NCBI GenBank assembly: GCA_050173015.1 | Contig: JBFXLE010000002.1 | Location: 160,001-224,000, forward strand | Direction of reading: 5' to 3' | Source of the DNA: Calditrichaceae bacterium | GTDB lineage: Bacteria > Calditrichota > Calditrichia > Calditrichales > JBFXGD01 | DNA: 64,000 bases | Part shown: positions 53,093 through 63,757 of the stretch, piece after piece | Layout: each line of letters opens with the position of its first letter | How positions within the stretch are numbered: the first letter of the stretch is position 1 | Notes under the pieces: generated by a model | What the model was told of the DNA's origin: nothing | The model's database searches: none | Seen by the model: the letters and a program-made list of their open reading frames with translations, nothing else | Translations under genes and position numbers: made by a program

Positions 53093-53644
53093 ATGGGCAA
53101 AATTAAAGAACAATTGCCGGTAAAGTTTTTTGCCGCCATTACCTGTCAGCATTCGGTCAATATACCGGAAGTTATTGAAAATATCGAAGTAAAATTTGGT
53201 AAAATCGATCGAAAGAGCCCGATTTTTAATTTTGATGATTTTACAAATTATTACAGTTCCGAGATGGGTACAGATCTAAAAAAGCTGTTTGTATCTTTTG
53301 AGTGTCTGGCGCTCCCGGAATTACTGATTGAGAGAAAAATTCAATCAAACAAGGTTGAATACGAAATATCCGATTCATCAATTCGAAAGGTAAATATCGA
53401 TCCCGGATATATCACGGAAGCAAAGATGATCCTGGCCACAACAAAGGATTACAGCCACCGGATCTATCTCGGAAAAGGCATTTTTGGGGATCTGCATCTG
53501 AAATTCGAAAAAAAATCATTTCAACCGCAATTATGGACCTACCCGGATTATCAGCAGGAATTGTCAATCAGATTTTTTGATGAAATGAGAAATATCTACA
53601 GACAACAATTAGCAGGAGTTCAGTTTGAAACAGATAACATATAA
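53093..53644 (+). CDS. DUF4416 family protein
   Basis: T.YY..EMG..L, K..SN..E, RKVNIDPGY, LATTKDYSHRIYL..GI, WTYPDY. Confidence 0.88.
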   Translation: MGKIKEQLPVKFFAAITCQHSVNIPEVIENIEVKFGKIDRKSPIFNFDDFTNYYSSEMGTDLKKLFVSFECLALPELLIERKIQSNKVEYEISDSSIRKVNIDPGYITEAKMILATTKDYSHRIYLGKGIFGDLHLKFEKKSFQPQLWTYPDYQQELSIRFFDEMRNIYRQQLAGVQFETDNI

Positions 53645-54620
53645 AGACGCGGGTGTGGATATCACCAAAGGGGAAGAATCGATCTCCGGCTTGAAAGAAT
53701 CCATTCACTCTACATTTACGCCCAATGTACTGAGTAACGTGGGCGCCTTTGGCGGTTTATTTGAACTAAATACACAGGAGTATCAGAAGCCGGTTCTGGT
53801 GTCCAGTACCGATGGCGTTGGTACTAAATTAAAAATCGCGATTTTGGCAAACCGTCACTCGACAGTCGGCCAGGATCTGGTCAATCACTGTGTTAATGAT
53901 ATCGCGGTGATGGGCGCGAAGCCACTGTTTTTTCTCGATTATTTTGCCACGGCGGCGCTCGATTCTTCAGTCTTCACTCAGGTTATCAATGGTTTTACAA
54001 AAGCCTGCAGAGAAGCCAAAATAGCACTTATCGGTGGTGAAACAGCTGAAATGCCGGGATTTTATCAGGTTGGCGACTATGACATGAGCGGGACGATCGT
54101 CGGCATCGTTGAAAAAAGCCAAATTTTATCCGGCAGTGAAATTCGGAAAGGCGATATTCTGGTTGGTATCCAGTCTAACGGACTTCACACAAACGGTTAT
54201 TCATTGGCGCGGAAAATACTACTGGAACAATATTCGGTGGATCAATATATTGAAGCTCTTGGAAAATCCCTCGCGGATGAACTGCTGCGCGTGCATAAGA
54301 ATTATTTCAATGTGATCCAGGCTATTATCCCGTTCCATGCAAAGGGTTTTTCTCACATAACAGGCGGTGGAATAATAGGCAATACTAAACGACTTCTTAA
54401 AAATGGTCTTAATCTCAAGGTCAACTGGAATTCCTGGGATTCACAGCCCATATTTTCCTTGATTCAGAAACTGGGTAATGTTCCTGATGATGATATGCGT
54501 CGCACGTTTAATCTGGGTATCGGACTGGTTGCCGTACTTCCGTCTCCGGATGTCGACAATGTGCTGGGGCACCTCAAATCTGTCGGAGAAAAAGCCTGGG
54601 TTATTGGTGAAGTTGTGTGA
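53625..54620 (+). CDS. purM: Phosphoribosylformylglycinamidine cyclo-ligase
   Basis: TYKDAGVD, TDGVGTK, PLFFLDY, GGETAEMP, SNGLHTNGYSL, HITGGG, TFNLGIG. Confidence 0.97.
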   Translation: MKQITYKDAGVDITKGEESISGLKESIHSTFTPNVLSNVGAFGGLFELNTQEYQKPVLVSSTDGVGTKLKIAILANRHSTVGQDLVNHCVNDIAVMGAKPLFFLDYFATAALDSSVFTQVINGFTKACREAKIALIGGETAEMPGFYQVGDYDMSGTIVGIVEKSQILSGSEIRKGDILVGIQSNGLHTNGYSLARKILLEQYSVDQYIEALGKSLADELLRVHKNYFNVIQAIIPFHAKGFSHITGGGIIGNTKRLLKNGLNLKVNWNSWDSQPIFSLIQKLGNVPDDDMRRTFNLGIGLVAVLPSPDVDNVLGHLKSVGEKAWVIGEVV

Positions 54621-54857
54621 TAATCTGGGTATATCTTAAACTTCGTTTTCAGTTTAAAAAACTAATATTTTATGTTTATGAATATAGTTGAGTAGCGCTC
54701 ATTATATTCTGGTCAAATGTTTTTTTCTGGTCTGATGCCCGACAGAAATATGTTGGTAATTTACTTGATTGTTTTAATAACATTTGTTTAATTAGTAATG
54801 ATCTCAGAATCTGTCAAATTTTCAGTTCTTAATTTGCAATGATCCTATGGAGAATTT

Positions 54858-55496
54858 ATGTTAGATGCCTTTCTTATTCTGGTTTTGAGTTATTTAATAG
54901 GTTCCTTTCCGACCGCGGTTATAGCTGGTAAGCTATTAAAAAATATTGACATACGTGATCATGGAAGCGGCAATGCCGGTGCCACCAATGTGTTTCGGAT
55001 TCTTGGCTGGAAAGCCGGTACAACCGTTCTCCTAATAGATATGTTCAAAGGATTTGCACCGGTATTCTGGATTGCGGGATTGATTCATAATAATCCTGAA
55101 ACCCTAATTTATTTTCAGATACTTGCTGCATTTGCAGCGATTGCGGGACATATCTGGACGGTGTTTGCCGGATTCAAAGGAGGAAAAGGAGTCGGGACAT
55201 CCGCAGGAGTCTTTTTAGGGCTCGCTCCGATTCCATTGTTAATCGCGTTGATTTCCTTTGTTGCGATCGTCTGGATAAGCCGTTATGTCTCATTGGGATC
55301 GATTCTGGCGGCTCTGATATTTGTCGTCGCTGTCTTTGTGCAAAAATATGTTCTTTTGAAGAATGTTCCTGATGTATTGATGTATTTGAGTATTATTGTC
55401 GCGGCGCTAATTTGGGTATCTCATCGTTCAAACATTAAACGACTTATTGCGGGTAGTGAGAACAAGCTTAGCTTCGGCGGTTCCGGGAGCGCCTGA
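54858..55496 (+). CDS. plsY: Glycerol-3-phosphate acyltransferase PlsY
   Basis: YLIGS, DIRDHGSGNAGATNVFR, GH, FKGGKGV, HRSNI.RL..G.E. Confidence 0.96.
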   Translation: MLDAFLILVLSYLIGSFPTAVIAGKLLKNIDIRDHGSGNAGATNVFRILGWKAGTTVLLIDMFKGFAPVFWIAGLIHNNPETLIYFQILAAFAAIAGHIWTVFAGFKGGKGVGTSAGVFLGLAPIPLLIALISFVAIVWISRYVSLGSILAALIFVVAVFVQKYVLLKNVPDVLMYLSIIVAALIWVSHRSNIKRLIAGSENKLSFGGSGSA

Positions 55497-55573
55497 CAGA
55501 CGATCTGATTTTAGAGGTTAATAAATAGCCGTATCTGGTGTTGAGAATAAAGATGAAAGCAGGAGAAAGCTGT

Positions 55574-56578
55574 ATGAAAATTGCTGTAATCGGCGCAGGT
55601 AGCTGGGGTACGACACTGGCACTGGTCTTGCATAGTAATCAGCACGAAGTGCGTTGCTGGACGAAGGAAGAAAAAACGATAGATGAAGTTAAAAATAATC
55701 GGGAGAATACGACTTATCTTCCGGGGATCCCTATTCCGGAATCCATCGCTTTTACAATGGATATGGAAAAAGCCGTCCATGATGTTGATATGGTTGTGAA
55801 TGCCGTCCCATCCCAGGTAACCAGATTGGTAGTGCCGGAGGTTGTAAAGGTAATGAACAAAAAAGACCCCATTTGGGTTTCCGTATCCAAGGGTATTGAA
55901 AATAAAACCTATCTGAGAATATCGGAAGTGATTCATGAGGCGGGGAATGTTCCCACTGACAAGATTGTCATTCTTTCCGGACCAAGTCATGCCGAGGAGG
56001 TGAGCAGGCAAACTCCCACCGCTATTGTCTCCGCATCGTCAAGCATCAAATCCGCAAAAATTGTTCAGGATGCATTTATGACTCCATATTTTAGAATATA
56101 TGCGAATCCTGACGTGATCGGGGTCGAGTTGGGAGGCGCCTTAAAAAATATAATCGCCCTGGCTTCAGGTATTTGTGATGGCGCGGGATTTGGAGATAAT
56201 ACAAAAGCCGCCCTGATGACAAGGGGGCTTGTTGAAATCAACAGACTTGGATTAGAACTCGGCGCCAGCAGTGATACCTTTGCCGGTTTAAGCGGGATGG
56301 GAGATCTGATCGTAACCTGCATGAGCCGCCATTCAAGGAATCGGTTTGTGGGCGAACAACTTGGAAAGGGACGCAAGCTTGAAGATATTTTGAATGGCAT
56401 GGTCATGGTTGCAGAAGGCGTAAAGACAGCTATATCCGCATACGAAATCGCCAGGCAAAGAGGGGTCGAAATGCCAATCACTGAACAGGTATATTTGACG
56501 CTATTTGAAAATAAATCTGCTCATGAGGCAATGTATGATTTAATGACAAGGGCGTCAAAGATTGAAGATTGGGGATAA
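55574..56578 (+). CDS. gpsA: NAD(P)H-dependent glycerol-3-phosphate dehydrogenase
   Basis: GAGSWGT, SKGIE, LSGPSHA, GGALKNIIA, GLSGMGDL..TC.S.HSRN; AGGAG RBS. Confidence 0.97.
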   Translation: MKIAVIGAGSWGTTLALVLHSNQHEVRCWTKEEKTIDEVKNNRENTTYLPGIPIPESIAFTMDMEKAVHDVDMVVNAVPSQVTRLVVPEVVKVMNKKDPIWVSVSKGIENKTYLRISEVIHEAGNVPTDKIVILSGPSHAEEVSRQTPTAIVSASSSIKSAKIVQDAFMTPYFRIYANPDVIGVELGGALKNIIALASGICDGAGFGDNTKAALMTRGLVEINRLGLELGASSDTFAGLSGMGDLIVTCMSRHSRNRFVGEQLGKGRKLEDILNGMVMVAEGVKTAISAYEIARQRGVEMPITEQVYLTLFENKSAHEAMYDLMTRASKIEDWG

Positions 56579-56597
56579 AAAATGGTAGGAGTATCAT

Positions 56598-57437
56598 ATG
56601 ATCAAATCAATTTTATTGCCAATTGACGGCTCCTCTTATTCTGAAGCCGTCATAAGTTACGGAAAGTTCTTTGCCGAAAAATTTAATGCGATCATCCGTG
56701 TATTGAGTATAGTGGATATACGATTATTTGATTGGAGTGTGGCTACCAACGCGGATAACTTCGTCCCCGTAATGCCGCCGGCGGGTTTTCAGGCTGAAAC
56801 TCAAAAAATGCATGACGAAAAAGCGCAACAGATACTCGATAAAGCGGCAAATCTCCTTAAATCAACAGGGATTCCGTTCGAACTGACAAAAGTCACGGGT
56901 ATTCCGGTGGAAGAAATATGTAATCAGGCTAAGCAAAATGATCTGGTTGTGATGGGAATTCGAGGTGAATATGAACGCTGGAGCGATAAATTGCTCGGGG
57001 CGACCATAGAATCGGTTTCGCGGCAGATAAGCAAGCCGATAATTCTGGTGGAAAAATCATTTTTTCCTTTTGAAAAGATACTTTGCGGCTATGACGGCAG
57101 TATTTATGCAAATAAAGGTCTGCAATACGCTGCGTTTATGGCGCAAATCCTTTCAATTCCCATTCAGGTTATTGCCGTTTTCTCATCAGATGAGGAGCGG
57201 AAAGCAGTACTTGCGGAAGCGGAACAATATTTAACGCCATATAAAATTGATTTTCAGCTCAGGCATGAAACAGGAGATGCTTCGGAAATACTGGTTAATG
57301 CCACAAAAACTACCCCAAATCCGGCTTTGTTGATCATCGGAAGTTACGGACATTCACGATTGAGAGAGGCAGTGCTCGGCAGCACCACCGTGCAGGTGAT
57401 GCGCGCTGCTGATAAACCGATAATGTTGGCTAAATAA
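56598..57437 (+). CDS. Universal stress protein (tandem USP domains)
   Basis: ILLPIDGS...DLVVMG.RG...LLGAT; second domain GYDGS...IIGSYGHSRL...LGST. Confidence 0.92.
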   Translation: MIKSILLPIDGSSYSEAVISYGKFFAEKFNAIIRVLSIVDIRLFDWSVATNADNFVPVMPPAGFQAETQKMHDEKAQQILDKAANLLKSTGIPFELTKVTGIPVEEICNQAKQNDLVVMGIRGEYERWSDKLLGATIESVSRQISKPIILVEKSFFPFEKILCGYDGSIYANKGLQYAAFMAQILSIPIQVIAVFSSDEERKAVLAEAEQYLTPYKIDFQLRHETGDASEILVNATKTTPNPALLIIGSYGHSRLREAVLGSTTVQVMRAADKPIMLAK

Positions 57438-57457
57438 GTTCAAAATGCTACGGAGGA

Positions 57458-58465
57458 ATGATGAGTGGTAAAATTATGACGTTAAGCCGTCATATTATTG
57501 AAGAAGAAAGAAGATATCCCGAAGCAACAGGTGAGTTTACCGATCTGATGAATGATATCGCGTTTGCCGCCAAATTAATTTCTTACCACACAAACAAAGC
57601 AGGATTGCTGAATATACTGGGGGAAACCGGTGAAATAAATGTACAGGGAGAGAAGGTCAAAAAATTAGATATCTTCGCGCATGAGACCATGGTAAAAGCG
57701 TTGGATCACGGCGGAAATCTATGTGTAATGGCCTCTGAGGAAGTTGAAGAGATCATTTCAATTCCCAAAGAATATCCACTTGGAAAGTATGTTTGTTTGT
57801 TTGACCCGCTGGACGGATCATCAAATATTGACGCAAATGTCAGTGTAGGTACAATTTTCTCAATTTACAGACGTGTAACTCCCGATGGTAAGCCAGGGAC
57901 TTTGGATGATTGTCTTCAGGTTGGAAGGAAACAGGTTTGCGCGGGCTATGTGGTATACGGTTCAAGTACGATGCTCGTTTATACAACCGGTTTCGGAGTT
58001 CATGGCTTTACACTGGATCCAAGTTATGGTGAATTTGTCCTGTCCCATCCAAATTTGAAAATTCCGGAAAAAGCAAAAATATATTCGGTTAATGAAAGCA
58101 ATTTTGATTATTGGGACCAGAAGATAAAGAATTATGTCCACTATGTTAAACAGATAGACAAGTCAACAGGCCGGCCTTTAAATTCAAGGTATATTGGTTC
58201 GCTGGTGAGCGACTTCCACAGAAATCTTCTTTATGGCGGGGTTTATTTGTATCCTCCAAGCAGTCTCGCGAAAAATGGTAAACTACGTCTCATTTATGAA
58301 GCAAATCCCATGGCTTTTATCGTTGAGCAGGCCGGAGGACGCGCGAGCAATGGTGTAAATGATATTTTAGATATGAAACCGCGGGAGCTTCATCAGCGGG
58401 TACCATTATATATCGGTACAAAATTTGATGTGGATATGATCGAAGAATTCATAAAAAAACACTGA
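57458..58465 (+). CDS. fbp: Fructose-1,6-bisphosphatase class 1
   Basis: NVQGEKVKKLD, SEE, DPLDGSSN, RYIGSLVSDFHR, KLRLIYEANP. Confidence 0.97.
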   Translation: MMSGKIMTLSRHIIEEERRYPEATGEFTDLMNDIAFAAKLISYHTNKAGLLNILGETGEINVQGEKVKKLDIFAHETMVKALDHGGNLCVMASEEVEEIISIPKEYPLGKYVCLFDPLDGSSNIDANVSVGTIFSIYRRVTPDGKPGTLDDCLQVGRKQVCAGYVVYGSSTMLVYTTGFGVHGFTLDPSYGEFVLSHPNLKIPEKAKIYSVNESNFDYWDQKIKNYVHYVKQIDKSTGRPLNSRYIGSLVSDFHRNLLYGGVYLYPPSSLAKNGKLRLIYEANPMAFIVEQAGGRASNGVNDILDMKPRELHQRVPLYIGTKFDVDMIEEFIKKH

Positions 58466-58502
58466 GATCAATACGTTCACAAACATAAATTTAATTTATA
58501 AT

Positions 58503-58535
58503 ACCCTTTCATCGAGTTGAAAGGGTTTACTTTAT
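58503..58535 (+). terminator. Probable terminator hairpin
   Basis: ACCCTTTCA-loop-TGAAAGGGT followed by T-rich tail. Confidence 0.7.
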
Positions 58536-58581
58536 TTCTCGGTAAATAGTGACAAGGCTCAATGGCCAACCGGTAAATTTC

Positions 58582-58610
58582 TTGATAAGTTTATAGCGGT
58601 TGGTTATATT
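58582..58610 (+). promoter_or_regulatory. Putative sigma70 promoter of asnS operon
   Basis: TTGATA-17 nt-TATATT. Confidence 0.55.
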
Positions 58611-58657
58611 TGACTTTATATATAAAACCAGGGACTATGAATCAGGGATTTGATTTT

Positions 58658-59953
58658 ATGACACGAACGATAACAATTGCTGAAGTGGCAAAATTTGAAG
58701 GTGAAATTGTAACGATTAAAGGATGGATATACAACAAGCGATCCAGCGGAAAATTACGGTTCCTGCTTGTGCGTGACGGCAGTGAAACGATTCAATGTGT
58801 TGTTTTCAAAGGGGACGTTAATGAAGAAACCTTCAGTCTAACCGACGCTTTAACTCAGGAAAGCTCCGTTGAAATTACGGGAAAAGTAGCTGTTGACAAA
58901 CGCTCGCCTTTGGGATTTGAAATCCAGGTTAATGATTTGAAAATAGTTAATATCGCACAGGAATATCCTATTACAAAAAAAGAACACGGCGTTGATTTTT
59001 TAATGGATCACCGGCATCTTTGGCTCCGTTCAACACGTCAGCACGCGATTTTAAGAATCCGCCATGAAATTATACGAGCGGCGCGCGAGTTTTTTGACAA
59101 CCGGGGATTTATACTGGTGGATTCGCCAATTTTTACACCGAATGCCGCGGAGGGCACAACAACACTGTTCGCCACAGAATATTTTGGTGAAAAAGCGTAT
59201 CTGACTCAGAGCGGGCAGTTGTATGGCGAAGCAGCCGCGATGGCAATGGGGAAAATATATTGTTTTGGTCCCACTTTCAGAGCGGAAAAATCCAAAACCA
59301 GACGGCATCTGACCGAATTTTGGATGATCGAGCCGGAAGTGGCCTTTTTTGATCTCTATGATGATATGCAGCTTGCCGAAGAATTTGTCAGTCACCTTGT
59401 GAAGAGTGTTCTTAAAAACAGACAAAAAGAATTAGCCGCCATTGAACGCGATGTTACAAAACTTGAAAAAATTGAAGCGCCGTTCCCAAAAATTCATTAT
59501 AATGAGGCCGTTGAGATCCTCAGAAAAAATAGTATAGATTTTAAAAACGGTGATGATTTTGGAGCAAACGATGAAACGGTCATATCAGGCCAGTTTGATA
59601 AGCCGGTCATAGTTCATCACTATCCGGCAGCCGTTAAGGCTTTTTATATGAAGCGTGACCCGGAGCATCCGGACGAAGCCATGGCAATGGATATGCTTGC
59701 GCCTGAGGGATACGGTGAAATTATAGGCGGTTCTCAGCGTGAGGATGATTACGAAGTACTATTGAATCGTATCAAAGAACACAATCTCCCTGTTGAAGCC
59801 TTTAACTGGTATCTGGATTTAAGAAAATACGGTTCCGTTCCTCACGCGGGATTTGGTCTGGGAATAGAAAGAACCGTTTCTTGGATCTGCGGATTAAATC
59901 ATGTCAGGGAGACAATACCATTTCCAAGACTGATGCAGAGAATTTACCCTTAA
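58658..59953 (+). CDS. asnS: Asparagine--tRNA ligase
   Basis: OB fold, [53 protein letters not shown]. Confidence 0.96.
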   Translation: MTRTITIAEVAKFEGEIVTIKGWIYNKRSSGKLRFLLVRDGSETIQCVVFKGDVNEETFSLTDALTQESSVEITGKVAVDKRSPLGFEIQVNDLKIVNIAQEYPITKKEHGVDFLMDHRHLWLRSTRQHAILRIRHEIIRAAREFFDNRGFILVDSPIFTPNAAEGTTTLFATEYFGEKAYLTQSGQLYGEAAAMAMGKIYCFGPTFRAEKSKTRRHLTEFWMIEPEVAFFDLYDDMQLAEEFVSHLVKSVLKNRQKELAAIERDVTKLEKIEAPFPKIHYNEAVEILRKNSIDFKNGDDFGANDETVISGQFDKPVIVHHYPAAVKAFYMKRDPEHPDEAMAMDMLAPEGYGEIIGGSQREDDYEVLLNRIKEHNLPVEAFNWYLDLRKYGSVPHAGFGLGIERTVSWICGLNHVRETIPFPRLMQRIYP

Positions 59954-59959
59954 ATATAC

Positions 59960-60412
59960 ATGAAATCACTAATTGCTGTTATTGGCGCCGGTCAGTGTAA
60001 TGATCAAATTTACAAGATGGCGTATGATGTTGGCCGGCATATAGCGAGTAATAAGTTTGGCCTGATTTGTGGCGGATTGGGTGGTGTGATGGAGGCTGCT
60101 TCAAAAGGATGCAGGGAAGCAGGAGGCCTCACCGTGGGTATTATACCTCAGGAAGAATGCGCGGCTGCAAATCCATTTATTGATATTGTCATTCCGACAG
60201 GAATGGGCATTATGAGAAATCTACTTATAATCAGGGCGGCCTCGGGAATTGTTGCCCTGGAAGGCAAATACGGCACATTATCAGAGATTGCCTATGCTCT
60301 GCAGTTGAATAAACCGGTTATCGGGATTGATACATGGGAGGTATCGGAGACGATCCTTAAAGCAAAATCAGCAGTGGAAGCCGTGAATACACTTATCAGG
60401 ATTATCGGGTAA
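59960..60412 (+). CDS. TIGR00725 family protein (LOG/SLOG Rossmann fold)
   Basis: IAVIG, CGGLGGVMEA, GLTVGIIP, TGMG..RN, GKYGTLSEIAYAL. Confidence 0.9.
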   Translation: MKSLIAVIGAGQCNDQIYKMAYDVGRHIASNKFGLICGGLGGVMEAASKGCREAGGLTVGIIPQEECAAANPFIDIVIPTGMGIMRNLLIIRAASGIVALEGKYGTLSEIAYALQLNKPVIGIDTWEVSETILKAKSAVEAVNTLIRIIG

Positions 60413-60687
60413 TGAAGATAGCCATGCGTGCATTTGTGAAAGGGCGTGTTCAGGGTATCGGGTACAGATGGTTCGCAAGAGAGCAGGCGGATGAGCTGAA
60501 TCTGACCGGATATGTCAGAAATTTGCCAAATGGAGAAGTTGAAGTTTTTGTAGAAGGTGATCAGGCAAAAATTATCGATTATCTCGGCAAACTCCGTAAA
60601 GGCCCGCCGATGGCAACGGTCACAGAGCTCGAAATAAATCAATATCCTTATGAAAATAGATTTAAAAAATTTAAAGTAGAACTTTAA
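60412..60687 (+). CDS. acyP: Acylphosphatase
   Basis: GRVQGIGYR, GYVRNLPNGEVE, GPP.A.V. Confidence 0.95.
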   Translation: MKIAMRAFVKGRVQGIGYRWFAREQADELNLTGYVRNLPNGEVEVFVEGDQAKIIDYLGKLRKGPPMATVTELEINQYPYENRFKKFKVEL

Positions 60688-60700
60688 AAAGGAATATTCT

Positions 60701-61225
60701 GTGGATCGATTAGAGCAGTTGAAATCAGCGATACGAGATGTGCCTGATTTCCCCAAAAAAGGAATTCTCTTCAAAGATATTACGCCTGTGTTAAATGATT
60801 CGAATTTGTTTTCGGATTCCATTTCACTTTTGCGGGAATCTGTCACACATCAATCCATTGATAAAATTGCAGCCATTGAATCACGAGGATTCATTTTTGG
60901 TTCGGTTCTGGCCTCAAAACTTGGCGTGGGATTTGTTCCAATTAGAAAACCCGGGAAATTGCCATACAAAATTTACAGGGAAGAATATCAGCTCGAGTAT
61001 GGTGTCGATGCTCTTGAGATCCATCAGGATGCTGTCAAAGCAAATGAACGCGTGCTACTGATTGATGATCTTCTGGCTACCGGCGGCACAGCTCTTGCGG
61101 CGGCAAAATTGATAGAGAAGTGTGGCGGTACAGTTTCAGAAATACTGTTTTTAATCGAGTTAAATTTTCTAAACGGAAGGCAACGAATCAGTAATTACCC
61201 GGTTTCATCTTTAATTATTTATTAG
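60701..61225 (+). CDS. apt: Adenine phosphoribosyltransferase
   Basis: PDFPKKGILFKDITP, ESRGF, RKPGKLP, LEYG, IDDLLATGGT. Confidence 0.97.
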   Translation: MDRLEQLKSAIRDVPDFPKKGILFKDITPVLNDSNLFSDSISLLRESVTHQSIDKIAAIESRGFIFGSVLASKLGVGFVPIRKPGKLPYKIYREEYQLEYGVDALEIHQDAVKANERVLLIDDLLATGGTALAAAKLIEKCGGTVSEILFLIELNFLNGRQRISNYPVSSLIIY

Positions 61226-61367
61226 AATTATTACCATTTGTGATATAGATTATTTACAAAGTATAAATTTTTTCCGAGTATAAGTTTAAAATTGTGAAAT
61301 ATAATACATATTCAGTTAAATATCCGGAGATTGTTTTTAGAAAATATATATCATCAAAGGAGTCCCA

Positions 61368-62528
61368 ATGAAAAAATGGATAATTTTTTCCGTTTTTACC
61401 CTCCTCCTGGTCAACATGGCAGTTGCGGGTGACGAATGGTTTCGTGTATATGAAGAAGGTGTTAATTCCGTTAAAATAGGTGACTATGACACAGCGATTC
61501 TAAAATTTCAGCAGGCGCTAAAAGATCAGCCGGTTGATAAAAGAAAAATCCGAACCTACGGAATGCACTTCATTCAATATTTTCCGCATAGAGAATTGGG
61601 TATTGCATATTTCAATCTTGGGAGAATGGAAGAAGCAAAAAGGCATCTTGCCGTTTCAATGAAACAGGAGCCATCAAAAAGAGCACTGGAATATCTCAAT
61701 AAAATTCGCGGAGGCGATCAGCCCGAAACTCCGGTGCAAAAGGATCCTGAACCTGTAGTGTCCAAAGTTGTTCCACCGGTGATTTCCCCGGTCCCATCGC
61801 GTACTCCTGAAATGATAGTAGGGAAGAAGACTGTAAAATTAGTTGGTGAACGCATGGGTGTGGCTGTTTGGCCCTTTGAAAATAAGGGCGCGAGCAAAGA
61901 TTTGGGTGAAATTGTACTTGATAAAATGATCACGGCTCTTTTTAATCAGGGGCGTTTTCGTGTGATAGAACGGGCGCAGCTCGAAAAAATATTAGATGAG
62001 CAGCAGTTGGGGATGGCCGGAGTAATTGACGCATCCACAGCCGCCGAAATAGGCAAGGGAATCGGCGTGGACGCCATCATCATCGGCAGCGTGGCGGCAG
62101 CGCCATCAGGAGCGATCAGTCTCGACGCTCGCGCGATAGATACGGAATCCGCTACAATAATCATTGCTCATGACGCTTATTCCGGCAGTTCCGACGCGCA
62201 GAGCGTAAAGAATACGGTAGAGAATTTAGCTAATAAATTTACGGAAAGTTTGCCTCTGGTTGAAGGATACATAATCAGACAGGATGAAAATGGGATTATG
62301 CTGGATGTGGGACGTACCGGAGGAATAAAAAAAGGTATGAAATGTGTCGTATATAAAGAAGGAGCAGAAGTAAAACATCCTATTACAGGTGAAGTTTTAG
62401 GTAAAGAAACGAAAATCGTGGCGGAAATTTTAGTCACGGATTCATTCGAAAAATATTCCTCGGCAAGAATTATACAAAATGAACCGGGGCAAATTGTCGC
62501 AATTGGCGATAAATTCCTAACAAAATAA
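61368..62528 (+). CDS. Secreted TPR + CsgG/TolB-N-like + FlgT-C-like protein
   Basis: Signal peptide; TPR (RTYGMHF..YFP); Pro-rich linker; RFRVIERAQLEKILDEQ..IGK.IGVDAII.GSV; D.G...G.K.G...HPITGE. Confidence 0.75.
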   Translation: MKKWIIFSVFTLLLVNMAVAGDEWFRVYEEGVNSVKIGDYDTAILKFQQALKDQPVDKRKIRTYGMHFIQYFPHRELGIAYFNLGRMEEAKRHLAVSMKQEPSKRALEYLNKIRGGDQPETPVQKDPEPVVSKVVPPVISPVPSRTPEMIVGKKTVKLVGERMGVAVWPFENKGASKDLGEIVLDKMITALFNQGRFRVIERAQLEKILDEQQLGMAGVIDASTAAEIGKGIGVDAIIIGSVAAAPSGAISLDARAIDTESATIIIAHDAYSGSSDAQSVKNTVENLANKFTESLPLVEGYIIRQDENGIMLDVGRTGGIKKGMKCVVYKEGAEVKHPITGEVLGKETKIVAEILVTDSFEKYSSARIIQNEPGQIVAIGDKFLTK

Positions 62529-62549
62529 CTTTACGGAGGAGGATTGTTT

Positions 62550-63665
62550 ATGTTTAAGAAGCTACTAGTTGTGACGGCAGTACTGCTGTTATTTGTTTTC
62601 AGCGCTAATGCGAGTGAGTTTAATTTTACGGGGAACGGCGCGCGGGCCGCGGGTATGGGTTATGCTTTTACCGGTGTGGCTGATGACGCGACCGCTATCT
62701 CATGGAATTCTGCCGGATTAACGCAGCTTTACAGCATGGAAGCCAGTGTTATCGGCCGCTTGGGATTTGGTACCTATACTTATTCTGATCTCGATGATGC
62801 TCCTGATATAACCGAGTCATCAAAATTTCAGTTAAATTTCTTAAGTATTGTAATGCCATTCAATGTCGCAAATTACAAGGTCGTCGGCGGCATCGCCTTC
62901 AGAAATATTTATGATTTCAACAGTGAACTTACATTTGATTTTGACGGTACAGAGTACCTCTTTGCAAATGAAGGCGGAATTAATGCCATCACGCCTTCTG
63001 TTGCTGTTCAGATAAATGAAATGTTCTCGGTGGGCGCGGCGCTGAATATTTATACCGGCAGCGAAGATTATCATGAAGAAATAGATGGCAATACAACTTA
63101 TGAAGGAACAACGACCGATTATTCAGGCACATCCATTGATATCGGTATATTGGTAAAGCCGAGCAGTAAATTCTCCTTGGGCGCGAATTTGAATCTTCCA
63201 AACACAATTACTTCCGACACAGACGGGTATGAATACGATATCGATGTTCCTCTGTTTTACAGTATCGGTTTAGCTTACCGGGCAACTGATAATCTTTTAC
63301 TCGCGCTTGATTTCCATAGTAGAAACTGGTCCAACTCAGATCTTTTTGCTGATTCCGAAGTCGATGTGGATCTCAATTCGCTTCATTTCGGTATTGAATA
63401 TTTGGCTCAAAGTGGTAGTTCTGTGATTCCTTTGCGTCTTGGCTTCCACACAAATCCTCTTTTTGAATGGGATAAAAACGGTGATCAGGTTGTAAATCCG
63501 GTTATCACTCTTGGCGCCGGAATTATCATGAATAAATTCATTTTGGATGCGGCGTTCGAATATGAACCGGCTTCCTATGAATTTGAAGATTCATTTGCTT
63601 CATATACTGTTGAACAAAACAGTTTCCGTTTTACTATTGGCGGTACGATTCACTTTGGTAAATAA
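62550..63665 (+). CDS. Outer-membrane beta-barrel of the FadL/OmpP1 - PorV/PorQ-like group
   Basis: Signal peptide; GARAAGMG.AFTGVADDATAISWN.AGL hatch motif; amphipathic strands, C-terminal F. Confidence 0.8.
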   Translation: MFKKLLVVTAVLLLFVFSANASEFNFTGNGARAAGMGYAFTGVADDATAISWNSAGLTQLYSMEASVIGRLGFGTYTYSDLDDAPDITESSKFQLNFLSIVMPFNVANYKVVGGIAFRNIYDFNSELTFDFDGTEYLFANEGGINAITPSVAVQINEMFSVGAALNIYTGSEDYHEEIDGNTTYEGTTTDYSGTSIDIGILVKPSSKFSLGANLNLPNTITSDTDGYEYDIDVPLFYSIGLAYRATDNLLLALDFHSRNWSNSDLFADSEVDVDLNSLHFGIEYLAQSGSSVIPLRLGFHTNPLFEWDKNGDQVVNPVITLGAGIIMNKFILDAAFEYEPASYEFEDSFASYTVEQNSFRFTIGGTIHFGK

Positions 63666-63671
63666 TCATTT

Positions 63672-63710
63672 AAAAATAAAGGGGATACCATAAGTATCCC
63701 CTTATTTTTT
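63672..63710 (+). terminator. Rho-independent (bidirectional-type) terminator
   Basis: AAGGGGATAC-CATAA-GTATCCCCTT flanked by A and T runs. Confidence 0.85.
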
Positions 63711-63757
63711 ATACAGTTAAATGTACTGCTTTTTAAATTTCTCTCTTTAATTTTGCC

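Noticed and set aside
55511..56481. 166-aa and 138-aa minus-strand ORFs
   Set aside because: Antisense shadows of gpsA
60292..60846. 184-aa minus-strand ORF
   Set aside because: Antisense to three well-supported genes (TIGR00725, acyP, apt)
61236..61312. TTGTGA half-sites resembling CRP/Rex boxes
   Set aside because: Second half-sites match poorly; not distinguishable from AT-rich background
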